DNA of 64,000 bases from Alphaproteobacteria bacterium. GTDB lineage: Bacteria; Pseudomonadota; Alphaproteobacteria; Rs-D84. Under the pieces are notes generated by a model. It saw only the letters and a list, made by a program, of their open reading frames with translations. It did no database searches and was not told where the DNA came from. Position 1 is the first letter of the stretch, and every line of letters starts with the position of its first letter. The stretch is from contig JAFVUD010000005.1 in NCBI GenBank assembly GCA_017502865.1, positions 16,007-80,006 of the forward strand, in the 5' to 3' direction. This document shows positions 36,564-45,894 of this stretch, in pieces. The position numbers were made by a program, and so were the translations under genes.

Positions 36564-38309
36564 ATGTTATTCAGCAAAAAAGCCGGCATAAAAAACCGTA
36601 ATCGTGAACGCTATGAACGTGTTCGTCGCCTGATGTGGTTAAAATGCACATCCTGTGACAAGTTGGTTTACTACAAAGATTATCGTGATAATCTGTATAT
36701 CTGCCCACGTTGTGGCCGTGCGTTCATCATGTCGCCAAAACAACGTTTTAATCTGTTGTTTGATGATACAAATTGGGAACGTTTGACACCACCAACGGTT
36801 TCGGACGACCCACTGGAATTTTCAGACCGTGTTTCATACAAAGAACGCCTGGACGAAGCACGCACAGAAACCGGATATTATGATGCCGTCACAACCGCCG
36901 ATGGCAAAATAGGGGGCATCCCATCAACCGTCTGTGTGTTAAACGGCGATTTTATGATGGGGTCTATGGGACGTGCCGCCGGCGATGGCATTATTGCCGC
37001 AATGGAACATGCAATTGAAACACGTCGTCCACTGATTATGGTCGTGGCCAGTGGCGGTGCCCGTATGCAGGAAAATATTCTTTCCTTGATGCAGATGGCC
37101 CGCACAACCGCTGCTGTAAATAAAATGCATGCGAATGGTATTCCATACATTGTACTGTTGACCGATCCAACATACGGTGGTGTTACGGCATCGTTTGCAA
37201 TGCTGGGCGATATTCACATCGCAGAATCTGGTGCCCGCATTGGTTTTGCCGGCCGTCGTGTTATTGAACAGAATATTCGTGAAAAATTGCCATCTAATTT
37301 CCAGACGGCTGAATATCTGTACGAACACGGTATGGTTGACATGGTCGTTGAACGCAAGAATCTGCACGACACATTGGTCAAGATTCTGGACGTTTTAACC
37401 AAACAACCACGTGAACCGAAAAAGATAAACGTCGCAACCCCATTGATGGATTCGCACAAGAAAATGCGTGGTCTGGGTGAAAACGATGCATATGATAAGG
37501 TTTTGTTGGCACGCCACGAAAATCGTCCACACTTTTTGGATTATATCAACGGGATTGTAGACGAATGGACGTACTTGGCCGGTGACAGACTATATGCCGA
37601 AGATGCCGCCATGGGATCTGGCATTGGTTATTGGCGTGGTATTCCATCGGTTATCATCGGCCAGGAACAGGGTCGTACAATCGAAACCCGCCAAAAACAT
37701 CGCTTTGGTATGGCGAATCCAGACGGCTATCGCAAGGCCCAGCGCATGATGCGATTGGCAGAAAAATTCAATCTGCCACTGATTTCATTGTTTGACACCG
37801 CCGGTGCGTTCGCCGGCCGTGAAGGCGAAGAACGTGGCCAGTCCCAGGCCGTCGCCGCATCTATGTCGGTTGGTCTGTCAATCAAAACACCATACGTCGC
37901 TGTTAACGTAGGTCAGGGCGGTTCTGGCGGTGCCATTGCAATTGGTACAGCCGACCGTGTGTTGATGATGGAAAATGCAATTTATTCTGTTATCGCCCCT
38001 GAATCCTGTGCCAGCATCTTGTGGAAGGATAACAAGTACAAGGCCACAGCCGCCGCCGCCATGAAATTGACGGCCCGTGATATGGCGAACCTGAACGTCG
38101 TTGACGAAGTTATTCCAGAACCGGCCAAAGGTGCCCACACCGATTGGCAAACGACAATGGAATTGTTGTCAACAGCGGTTGCGGAACATATTACGCAGCT
38201 AATGGAAATTCCTGTGGCTGAATTGCCGTCACGTCGTGCCGATAAATTTATGGCAATGACCCGTGATGTCGAAATTTATCAGCCAGAACACATTGGCGAA
38301 GAACACTAA
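36564..38309 (+). CDS. accD/accA: Acetyl-CoA carboxylase carboxyltransferase, fused beta-alpha (AccD-AccA) polypeptide
   Basis: N-terminal half: Zn ribbon CTSCDKLVYY...ICPRCG and AccD core GGARMQE. C-terminal half: AccA motifs GMANPDGYRKAQRMMRLAEKFNLPLISLFDTAGAFAG and GQGGSGGAIAIG. It is a single 581-aa ORF. Confidence 0.9.
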   Translation: MLFSKKAGIKNRNRERYERVRRLMWLKCTSCDKLVYYKDYRDNLYICPRCGRAFIMSPKQRFNLLFDDTNWERLTPPTVSDDPLEFSDRVSYKERLDEARTETGYYDAVTTADGKIGGIPSTVCVLNGDFMMGSMGRAAGDGIIAAMEHAIETRRPLIMVVASGGARMQENILSLMQMARTTAAVNKMHANGIPYIVLLTDPTYGGVTASFAMLGDIHIAESGARIGFAGRRVIEQNIREKLPSNFQTAEYLYEHGMVDMVVERKNLHDTLVKILDVLTKQPREPKKINVATPLMDSHKKMRGLGENDAYDKVLLARHENRPHFLDYINGIVDEWTYLAGDRLYAEDAAMGSGIGYWRGIPSVIIGQEQGRTIETRQKHRFGMANPDGYRKAQRMMRLAEKFNLPLISLFDTAGAFAGREGEERGQSQAVAASMSVGLSIKTPYVAVNVGQGGSGGAIAIGTADRVLMMENAIYSVIAPESCASILWKDNKYKATAAAAMKLTARDMANLNVVDEVIPEPAKGAHTDWQTTMELLSTAVAEHITQLMEIPVAELPSRRADKFMAMTRDVEIYQPEHIGEEH

Positions 38310-38311
38310 TA

Positions 38312-38345
38312 AAAACAAACCCACCGTTTTGGTGGGTTTTAATTT
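38312..38345. terminator. Bidirectional terminator
   Basis: AACCCACC-GTTTT-GGTGGGTT flanked by an A-run and a T-run. Confidence 0.8.
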
Positions 38346-38493
38346 ATTGACGTTGTTTTAATGCGTCTTGACAGAATTGTTCTAAATCCGCCGGTTCAAT
38401 GTCTGCTTTGGTGTTATGTTTTATACAATCTTCAACAAATGTTCTGTTTTTAACCTGGGTTTCAATTTTGTCCTGGGTATAAAATGCCCCAGA

Positions 38494-39138
38494 TCAATAA
38501 ATTACACACAGCACAAATACCAGCAACAGGCTTAAAATACGTTTCCAGATACTGATATGGTTATTGCGTTTAACTTCTATTATTAAACAGATTGTTATCA
38601 TGCCCATCATAAACAGGATAAACCATACCTTGTAAATCATAACAACTGGGCTTATTGGAAAACCATGAAATACAGGCAACAATGTCGCTGCAAAGAACAA
38701 TATGTATAAAAACAGCATTACAATAAATGGAAATGCCCCACCAATAATCATCATCAGCAATATTGGTGCGAAATACAGGCATTGAAATAAAATGTCCATC
38801 ATACTGGGCAACCCATAGTAAATACCGGCCAATGTATGAAACAGAAACATTGCCAATAACAGACAATATTTAGGCTTTTGGTACCATACAATATTATTGT
38901 AATCACGGGCCTGGGTGTTTATATAAGATTTTAATCTTGTTATCAGTGTCTTGATATAGGCAATCGGGCCACCCCGCTTTTCTAATGCAAATTGTACAAA
39001 CCCTTTGGCCAAGAACAGTACACAACCCATAAAAAACACAATTTTCACACTGCCCAGTGCAGAATAGATTGGTCGCAGGGCTACCAGGCTTGCCCCCAAA
39101 AACAAAGCAATGGCAAAATTTATGGTTTTTTGTGTCAT
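38494..39138 (-). CDS. Polytopic membrane protein (214 aa, about 6 TM)
   Basis: Hydrophobic throughout. It ends at a TGA that is followed by a 49-codon in-frame open extension (see findings). Confidence 0.6.
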   Translation of the reverse strand: MTQKTINFAIALFLGASLVALRPIYSALGSVKIVFFMGCVLFLAKGFVQFALEKRGGPIAYIKTLITRLKSYINTQARDYNNIVWYQKPKYCLLLAMFLFHTLAGIYYGLPSMMDILFQCLYFAPILLMMIIGGAFPFIVMLFLYILFFAATLLPVFHGFPISPVVMIYKVWFILFMMGMITICLIIEVKRNNHISIWKRILSLLLVFVLCVIY

Positions 39139-39234
39139 AATTCCCCTCCGTCCATATATTAAATATGATACAGGAAAACATTGCTAAAATCAAGGCAAGG
39201 GCAAAGAAAAAGCCCCACATTGGGGCCAAATTTG

Positions 39235-39322
39235 TGGCGGAGCGTATAGGACTCGAACCTATGGACCAAAAATTTCGGTCACAGATTAGCAATCTGCTGC
39301 ATTACCACTCTGCCAACGCTCC
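39235..39322 (-). tRNA. tRNA-Ser (anticodon GCT), CCA encoded
   Basis: Acceptor GGAGCGT/ACGCTCC, anticodon loop TTGCTAA, long variable arm, T-arm TAGGTTCGAGTCCTA. Confidence 0.95.
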
Positions 39323-39389
39323 GTGCAGGGGGTATTATATAGAAACCTAAACACAAATGCAAGCATGAAAATCTAAAAAACAAACGTAA

Positions 39390-39419
39390 TTGACAATTTA
39401 AGTGTGTGTATGTTATAAT
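39390..39419 (+). promoter_or_regulatory. Sigma70-like promoter (TTGACA-18-TATAAT) of the cysS leader
   Basis: TTGACA at 39390..95 and TATAAT at 39414..19. Confidence 0.6.
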
Positions 39420-39429
39420 TTTGTGTGTA

Positions 39430-39468
39430 ATGACAATTCGTTTTATAAATTTTTACTGTTGTCGCTAA
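39430..39468 (+). promoter_or_regulatory. 12-codon leaderless short ORF MTIRFINFYCCR with tandem Cys codons
   Basis: ATG ACA ATT CGT TTT ATA AAT TTT TAC TGT TGT CGC TAA. The ATG lies 10 nt after the -10 box and there is no SD. Confidence 0.4.
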
Positions 39469-39481
39469 AATTGCAGATTTT

Positions 39482-39507
39482 GCAAACTGATTTTGTTTGC
39501 TTTTTTT
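39482..39507 (+). terminator. Intrinsic terminator-like hairpin inside the cysS leader
   Basis: GCAAAC-TGATTTT-GTTTGC followed by TTTTTTT, 55 nt upstream of the cysS ATG. A competing hairpin TTGCA/TGCAA (39471..39485) overlaps its 5' arm. Confidence 0.55.
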
Positions 39508-39562
39508 ATATACAATTACTAACATCTCAACCAAGAACTAAAACCGAAAAAGGACACATATT

Positions 39563-40987
39563 ATGACGATTAAATTGTACAATACATTGACCCGTAAACT
39601 GGAAGAATTCAAACCATTGGTGCCTGGCCATGTTGGTTTTTATTCATGTGGTCCAACGGTTTATCACTATACACATCTGGGGAATTTGCGTACATTTTTG
39701 CATAACGATTTCTTAAAGCGTATGTTCTTGGCCAATGGATACGACGTTCGTCATATTATGAATATCACAGACGTCGGCCACCTGACCAATGACGAAGATG
39801 ATTCTGGCGAAGACAAAATGGAAAAAGGTGCCGCCCGTGATAATAAATCTGTATGGGATATTGCCCGTTTTTATAAAGATGAATTCATGCGTGACTTTAA
39901 CGATTTAAATATGATTGCACCAACGGTCATGCCCCACGCCACAGACTATATTGCCGAACAAATCGAACTGGTCCAGAAATTACAGGATTTGGGCTATACA
40001 TATGAAATCCCAAATGATGGCATTTATTATGATACATCTAAATTTGCGGGTTATGGTGCATTAACCGGTGGTTCGCTGTCTGGTAATCGTGCCGGTGCCC
40101 GTGTTGGTTTTAATGATGCCAAACGCAACCCAACCGACTTTGCGTTATGGAAATTTTCACCCACAGACGTTAAACGTCAAATGGAATGGGACAGCCCATG
40201 GGGTATTGGTTTCCCTGGCTGGCATGCAGAATGCAGTGCAATGAGCATGAAATTACTGGGTAATCACTTTGATATCCACACCGGCGGCGAAGACCTGTCC
40301 CGTGTACATCACGCAAATGAAATCGCACAAAGCGAACCTATTACCGGTGCGCCATGGGTTAATACATGGTTGCATTACAGTTTCTTGTTGGATAAATCCG
40401 GCGAAAAAATGGCCAAGTCCAAGGGCGAATTCCTGGGGCTGGAATCTGTGCGTAAACGTGGCTATGACCCAATGGTTTATCGCTATTTTGTTGCGCTGGG
40501 GCACTATCAGTCGCAATTGGCGTTCTCGTGGGAAACAATGGACGCATCGGCCAACGGCTATGCGAACCTGGTCCGCCGTGTTGCAGATTTGATTGTCGTA
40601 AACGATGGTACGGTTGATTCTGTGGCCTATGATGCGTGGCATGAAAAAATGCTGGCTGCGATGTCTGACAACCTGAAAACAGCCGCTGTTTTGGTCCATG
40701 TCCAAGATTTTATTAAGTCAAACGAGATTAATGGTGCAACCAAATTGGCACTGGTTCGTTTTGCAGATGACCTGTTGGGATTGCAATTTATCGATCGTGC
40801 CCAGAAATTGGTTGATTTAGAACGTGAATCTGCACCGGCTGAAATCGTTGCATTGGCGGAATCTCGTGCCACTGCCAAGGCAAATCGTGATTGGGCGACC
40901 GCCGATGCACTGCGTGCCGAAATTGATGCGGCCGGCTGGACGGTTTTGGACGGCAAAGACGGTTATAAAATCGTCAAGAAAGCATAA
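39563..40987 (+). CDS. cysS: Cysteinyl-tRNA synthetase
   Basis: MTIKLYNTLTRKLEEF, HIGH-like HLGN and KMSKS-like KMAKS motifs. 474 aa. Confidence 0.95.
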   Translation: MTIKLYNTLTRKLEEFKPLVPGHVGFYSCGPTVYHYTHLGNLRTFLHNDFLKRMFLANGYDVRHIMNITDVGHLTNDEDDSGEDKMEKGAARDNKSVWDIARFYKDEFMRDFNDLNMIAPTVMPHATDYIAEQIELVQKLQDLGYTYEIPNDGIYYDTSKFAGYGALTGGSLSGNRAGARVGFNDAKRNPTDFALWKFSPTDVKRQMEWDSPWGIGFPGWHAECSAMSMKLLGNHFDIHTGGEDLSRVHHANEIAQSEPITGAPWVNTWLHYSFLLDKSGEKMAKSKGEFLGLESVRKRGYDPMVYRYFVALGHYQSQLAFSWETMDASANGYANLVRRVADLIVVNDGTVDSVAYDAWHEKMLAAMSDNLKTAAVLVHVQDFIKSNEINGATKLALVRFADDLLGLQFIDRAQKLVDLERESAPAEIVALAESRATAKANRDWATADALRAEIDAAGWTVLDGKDGYKIVKKA

Positions 40988-41026
40988 GTTGCCAAAACAA
41001 AAAAATAAATAAAAATATGTTGAATT

Positions 41027-41054
41027 CGGGCTAATATTGGTGTATATTAGCCCG
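41027..41054 (+). promoter_or_regulatory. 11-bp perfect inverted repeat overlapping a putative promoter (TTGAAT-16-TATATT)
   Basis: CGGGCTAATAT-TGGTGT-ATATTAGCCCG. It lies between cysS and the DUF1013 gene and has no T-run after it. Confidence 0.45.
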
Positions 41055-41077
41055 CGTAATTACAAGAGGAAATTTCC

Positions 41078-41629
41078 ATGAACTATCCATATATGCCAAA
41101 ATCTACAGCCCTTTGGTTAATTGAAAATACAGCCCTGACATTTGAACAAATCGCGGAATTCTGCGGGTTGCATGAATTAGAAATCAAAAATATTGCAGAT
41201 GCTGAAACATATAAAATTCAGCCATTAAACCCAATTTTAAGTGGTCAATTAACACGTGAAGATATCGCCGCCTGCGAAGCGGACCCAGATGCCCGCCTGA
41301 CTTTGCGTTCAGAAATTATCGAAGCCCAACAGAAACAAAACAAACGTGGCGTTGGCTATACACCAAAATTGCATCGCCAGAATCGTTTGGGGGGTATTTT
41401 GTGGATTTTGAAAAATTACCCAGAATTATCTGACGGCCAGGTTGCCCGCCTGATGCGCAGTACAAATCCAACTGTTGCATCGGTTCGCAACAAAACACAC
41501 AGTTCTTATTCTGTTATCCAGATTCAAAGCCCAATTGTTTTAGGCTTGGTATCTGAATCTGCAATCCATGATGCTGTGGCCAAGGCCCAGAAACAGCAGG
41601 CAAACAAGACCAGCAAGAAAAAGAAATAA
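41078..41629 (+). CDS. DUF1013-family protein (conserved in alphaproteobacteria)
   Basis: MNYPYMPKSTALWLIENTALTFEQIAEFCGLHELEI is the characteristic DUF1013 N-terminus as I recall it. Confidence 0.75.
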   Translation: MNYPYMPKSTALWLIENTALTFEQIAEFCGLHELEIKNIADAETYKIQPLNPILSGQLTREDIAACEADPDARLTLRSEIIEAQQKQNKRGVGYTPKLHRQNRLGGILWILKNYPELSDGQVARLMRSTNPTVASVRNKTHSSYSVIQIQSPIVLGLVSESAIHDAVAKAQKQQANKTSKKKK

Positions 41630-41678
41630 TATATAAATCACATTTCAGTTAAACACACAAAACTGCAAGGGTTGATGA

Positions 41679-43727
41679 ATGGCTAAGAAACTGGACGAAG
41701 CAACAAAACTGTTGATAGACTCGCTGCCTGAAAATCTGCAAAAATTGGCAACAACTGCACTGGAAAACGGTTATATGTCCCAGATGGACTTTACAACCGC
41801 AATCGAAGAAGACGAAGTGCCCGCCGAAGAACAAGACGAAGTAATGGAATTCTTTCGTCAGGATTTGGGGGTCGAAGTTCTGGAAACCGAAAGTTTTTCC
41901 CGTGAAATGGAAAAATATTATGCCGATGACGAAGACGAAAATCGTGACAAAACCCGCAATTTGCTGAACGCAGATGCGGAACAGGTTGATGTCAACGATG
42001 ATGATTATGAACACTATGCAAAACAATTGGAACGCAGCCAGACCGGTTCTTTGGTGTTGGGGGTCCAGGATTCTGTTCAATCATATTTGAAACAAATCGG
42101 TACGGTCCAGTTGCTGACCGCCGCTGGCGAAGTCGCCATTGCCCAACGTATCGAGGCCGCATCACGTTTGATGGTCTATGGCCTGTGCGAAAGCCCCATG
42201 ACTATCCAGGCTATGTTGGATTGGTATCAGCAGTTGTTAAACGAAGATATTCGTCTGCGTTATATCGTTAACCTGGAAGTTATGTATTCCAGTGAATCTG
42301 AACAAAAATCACTGGCCGCATTGTCCGAAGCCCTGAAATCCAAGGGGGTTGAACATGTCGACGAATTGGACGACGATGAATTGGATGATTTGACCGACAC
42401 GTCTGTTGATGACGACGACATCAAAAAAGAAGACACACCACGTGGTACATCGGGTGTGCCAATTCCTGTAATGGAAGAATCTTTGATGCCAATGGTCACC
42501 GAATTGTTTGTAAAAATCAAACGCATCTTTAACAGTATGCAGAAATTGCAGGCAAAACGTCTGGAAAACCTGTTGACATCTGACAAACCTGACGAAGCCC
42601 TGGAAAAGAAATACACAAAACAGCGTCTGGAATTGTTTGAACACGTCAGCAAGATTCGCCTGAACGATGACCGTATTGCTGAAATTTTGGACAAATTGAC
42701 CCAACGTGACCAACTGTTGATGGGACTGGAAGGTAAACTGTTGCGTTTGGCCCTGGCGAACAAGGTTAAACGTGAAGATTTCTTGGCCGAATACGCCGGC
42801 AACGAATTGAACCGCAATTGGGTTAAAAAATTGGCCCGCAGCAAGAATGCTGTTTGGTCAAACTTTGCCAAAAAACATGAAAAAGATATCTTAAAGATTC
42901 AAGAAGATATCACCGCAATTGCCACCGAAACCGGCCAGCCTACATCTGAATATAAAAAGGTTGTTGAATTGGTCCGTCGTGGCCAAACCGAAGCCGCCCG
43001 TGCAAAACGCGAAATGATAGAAGCAAACTTGCGTTTGGTTATCAAATTTGCGAAAAAATCCAGCAATCGTGGTCTGGGCTTAGACTTCTCTGATCTGGTC
43101 CAGGACGGAAATATCGGTTTGATGAAGGCGGTGGATAAATTTGATTATCGTTTGGGTAATAAATTCTCGACCTATGCGACAAACTGGATTCAGCAGGGTA
43201 TTTCCCGCAGCATTGCGGACCAGGCCCGCACAATCCGTATCCCTGTACATATGATTGACAATATTCACAAGATTCAGCGTGCATCACGTCAATTTATGCA
43301 CAAATATGGTCGCCAGCCAACCGCCGAAGAATTGTCCAAGATTATCTATCTGCCTGTGGACAAGATTCACAAGGCTATGAAGGTTAACCTGAAACCAATT
43401 TCTTTGGAAGCACCCGTTGGCACCGAAGACGACAGTTCACGTATCGAAATTATTGCCGACGAAACCGCGAAAAATCCATTTGTGTCCGCCGCACAAAAGA
43501 ATTTGCGTAAAATCGTTACCCAGATTCTGTCGGAATTGGATCCAAAAGAAGAAACCGTTCTGCGTCAACGTTTCGGGATGAGTACTAACAAAACTAGCAC
43601 CCTGGAAGAGGTTGGTGAATACATCGGTGTGACCCGTGAACGTATCCGCCAGATTGAACAAAAGGCACTGAATAAATTAAAACATCCAACACGTGCCCGT
43701 AAATTACGCAGTTTCCTGGAAGATTAA
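41679..43727 (+). CDS. rpoD: RNA polymerase primary sigma factor
   Basis: 682 aa. Acidic region 1, region 2 ([14 protein letters not shown]), region 3, and region 4 ([24 protein letters not shown]). Confidence 0.95.
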   Translation: MAKKLDEATKLLIDSLPENLQKLATTALENGYMSQMDFTTAIEEDEVPAEEQDEVMEFFRQDLGVEVLETESFSREMEKYYADDEDENRDKTRNLLNADAEQVDVNDDDYEHYAKQLERSQTGSLVLGVQDSVQSYLKQIGTVQLLTAAGEVAIAQRIEAASRLMVYGLCESPMTIQAMLDWYQQLLNEDIRLRYIVNLEVMYSSESEQKSLAALSEALKSKGVEHVDELDDDELDDLTDTSVDDDDIKKEDTPRGTSGVPIPVMEESLMPMVTELFVKIKRIFNSMQKLQAKRLENLLTSDKPDEALEKKYTKQRLELFEHVSKIRLNDDRIAEILDKLTQRDQLLMGLEGKLLRLALANKVKREDFLAEYAGNELNRNWVKKLARSKNAVWSNFAKKHEKDILKIQEDITAIATETGQPTSEYKKVVELVRRGQTEAARAKREMIEANLRLVIKFAKKSSNRGLGLDFSDLVQDGNIGLMKAVDKFDYRLGNKFSTYATNWIQQGISRSIADQARTIRIPVHMIDNIHKIQRASRQFMHKYGRQPTAEELSKIIYLPVDKIHKAMKVNLKPISLEAPVGTEDDSSRIEIIADETAKNPFVSAAQKNLRKIVTQILSELDPKEETVLRQRFGMSTNKTSTLEEVGEYIGVTRERIRQIEQKALNKLKHPTRARKLRSFLED

Positions 43728-43757
43728 TCATCGCCCCGTCATATTCGGGGCTTTATT

Positions 43758-44366
43758 ATGGGGTTAAATATGAAAAAGAAAACATTGTTATTTTGTACCG
43801 GCCTGTCGGGCAGTGGTAAAACATATTTTATAAACAACACGATTCCGTCTGGTTTGTTTTATAATCTGCGTTCTGCAACGACACGCCCAATGCGTGATGG
43901 CGAAAGCGAAGGCAATCCATATTTCTTTCGTGACGAAGCGTATTTTGAAACTGAACCATTGGCAACCCATTTGTGGGTTAATAAAGCGTTCTGGACGCCT
44001 GGAACGCCAAAATGGCTGTATGGTGTACCCGAATTCGAAATATACGACAATCTGGGCCAGAATTTGATTTATGATGTTATCCAGCCATGCTATGTTCGTG
44101 AAATGATGGATTGGTTCCGCAAAAACGGTCTGCATCGTGATTATAATTTTCGTGTAGCGTACTTTTTGCCGCCAATGAACAATCTGGAAACTGCACGCAA
44201 ACGTGCAAACATGCCAAATGACATTGATGTGCGTTCTACGAACACATGTGACCCAATTGATTTTTTACATGCCGGCATAGTTCCTGATTATATACTCCAG
44301 GCCCGTAATGGAATCCTGGACCCATACCTGATGCGACATATCGCCCGCCTGAATAAGTCGAAATAA
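43758..44366 (+). CDS. Divergent guanylate-kinase-like P-loop protein
   Basis: GLSGSGKT P-loop and SATTRPMRDGESEGNPYFF (GK signature S.TTR.pR.gE..G..Y.F). The remainder is divergent. Confidence 0.6.
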   Translation: MGLNMKKKTLLFCTGLSGSGKTYFINNTIPSGLFYNLRSATTRPMRDGESEGNPYFFRDEAYFETEPLATHLWVNKAFWTPGTPKWLYGVPEFEIYDNLGQNLIYDVIQPCYVREMMDWFRKNGLHRDYNFRVAYFLPPMNNLETARKRANMPNDIDVRSTNTCDPIDFLHAGIVPDYILQARNGILDPYLMRHIARLNKSK

Positions 44367-44401
44367 TTTTATGCCCCACGGTTAAATCATGGGGTGTATA
44401 T

Positions 44402-45688
44402 TTATGCTGGCCAATTTGGATACGTTGTCAGGCTTGATGGAATGGTTGCAGCGTCTTTGTAGCTTCTCCAACCATAGTATGGAAAATACATTGAACGAAA
44501 ATATTTATCATGTTCTTCTGGCCATATATTATACAAGAATTCTCCATTTATACGCTGTGAATACACGTTGAGTGGTGCACATAGACCTGTGAACGTCCCA
44601 CGAAACATATTTGTGGCCGGTGCACCAGAAATTCCATCGAATAAATTATCCGGTATTTGAACGGTACAAACCTCGGTGTGTGGACCAGTGGCTTTGGTGG
44701 GTCTATTAAAAACACCCTCAAACGTTCGGTCAAACATGCTTTCTGTGGGCACGCCCCTGATACACGAAAACAGTCCTGCTGGTATTATTGTTTCACCGGT
44801 CGATTTTGATCCACGGAAAGTGCGTGCAAACATAAATGGTGCGGGTTGACCGCATATTTTACTAAACAGGTTTGCGGGTATTGTCCAAGATATGTTTGGG
44901 TTGCCAGGGAAGGAATCGCTAAACGTTCCTTCAAACATATGTGATACCGGTTGTCCGTATACGCCAGCAAACAGATTTTCTGGGATATTTCTCAGTGCCA
45001 TACCAACAAAGGTATCTATAAATCGTGGTTGTTTACCACTGGGTAATGTCGGGAAAATCCTGCCTATGCTGCCATATAATTCGATTGGGCCTGGGGCGGG
45101 GGCACTGATATTTACGCTACCGACCTTGCTTTTTGTTCTTATCATAACTGTTGAAGTGGTTTCGTCATCGCTGTATGCGGTGGCACGGCCGTACAATTTA
45201 ATTGTTGCGTCGTTTACAGAATATGTGTGTGCATACATTTGCGGTATGGTGTCTGTACGCACAATTTTATCTATTGTACCATCACCCCAATCAATTGTAA
45301 AATCGCCCATTGCGGAAATAGTGATATTGTGTTCAAACGATGTGTCGATATTGGTCATTCGTATCTCGAATGGTGGTTGTGAAATCAATGTATCTATGGC
45401 TGTATCAACGGCGACGCTGTCAACCGCCCGTTGGGTTGCAAAATCACCGTCCGCATAGTTTGTTGTATCATCTCCATTCAGGATTCGGTTTGCAATATCA
45501 ATCGCTGTCATCAGGTATTTCATATTCGCAACCTGGTTCGTACTGTTCAGTTTTTCGTTATATGCAATATCTACACCCCAACGGTGCAGGATAGTCCTGT
45601 GTACATATTCTACATTCGCAATTTGACCGGCTTTTGCATATGTGGTGCAAAACAGTATGCTGAAAATCGACATAAATCTACGAAACAT
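44402..45688 (-). CDS. Secreted repeat protein (428 aa)
   Basis: Signal peptide MFRRFMSIFSILFCTTYAKA. Four clear copies plus one degenerate copy of IP.NLF.G..G.P...MF..TF. RBS AGGAGAG. Confidence 0.6.
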   Translation of the reverse strand: MFRRFMSIFSILFCTTYAKAGQIANVEYVHRTILHRWGVDIAYNEKLNSTNQVANMKYLMTAIDIANRILNGDDTTNYADGDFATQRAVDSVAVDTAIDTLISQPPFEIRMTNIDTSFEHNITISAMGDFTIDWGDGTIDKIVRTDTIPQMYAHTYSVNDATIKLYGRATAYSDDETTSTVMIRTKSKVGSVNISAPAPGPIELYGSIGRIFPTLPSGKQPRFIDTFVGMALRNIPENLFAGVYGQPVSHMFEGTFSDSFPGNPNISWTIPANLFSKICGQPAPFMFARTFRGSKSTGETIIPAGLFSCIRGVPTESMFDRTFEGVFNRPTKATGPHTEVCTVQIPDNLFDGISGAPATNMFRGTFTGLCAPLNVYSQRINGEFLYNIWPEEHDKYFRSMYFPYYGWRSYKDAATIPSSLTTYPNWPA

Positions 45689-45704
45689 TTTTTCTCTCCT
45701 GTTA

Positions 45705-45738
45705 TAAAAACAAAACCACCGTTTTTTATTTGGTGGTT
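45705..45738 (-). terminator. Intrinsic terminator within the 5' leader of the 428-aa gene
   Basis: Minus-sense AACCACC-AAATAAAAAAC-GGTGGTT followed by TTGTTTTT, immediately before the RBS. Confidence 0.6.
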
Positions 45739-45894
45739 CAGGAGGTTAGAGACAATTACAGGAATTGTGCTGCGTATTTGTATATTTCGCACGCCCTCCT
45801 GAACCGAATTGGATCAGGAGTTTTCATCGCAACATTGGCGATGCCTGTAAACGGGTCTCTACACCCCATCGCAAGAACACCTTGCAACAGAACA

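Noticed and set aside
38494-38496. TGA reassigned to Trp (translation table 4), as an explanation for the in-frame TGA plus open extension.
   Set aside because: prfB is present with its TGA-dependent autoregulatory frameshift site. In addition, the window's ORFs are full-length under the standard code, with no pattern of TGA-interrupted genes.
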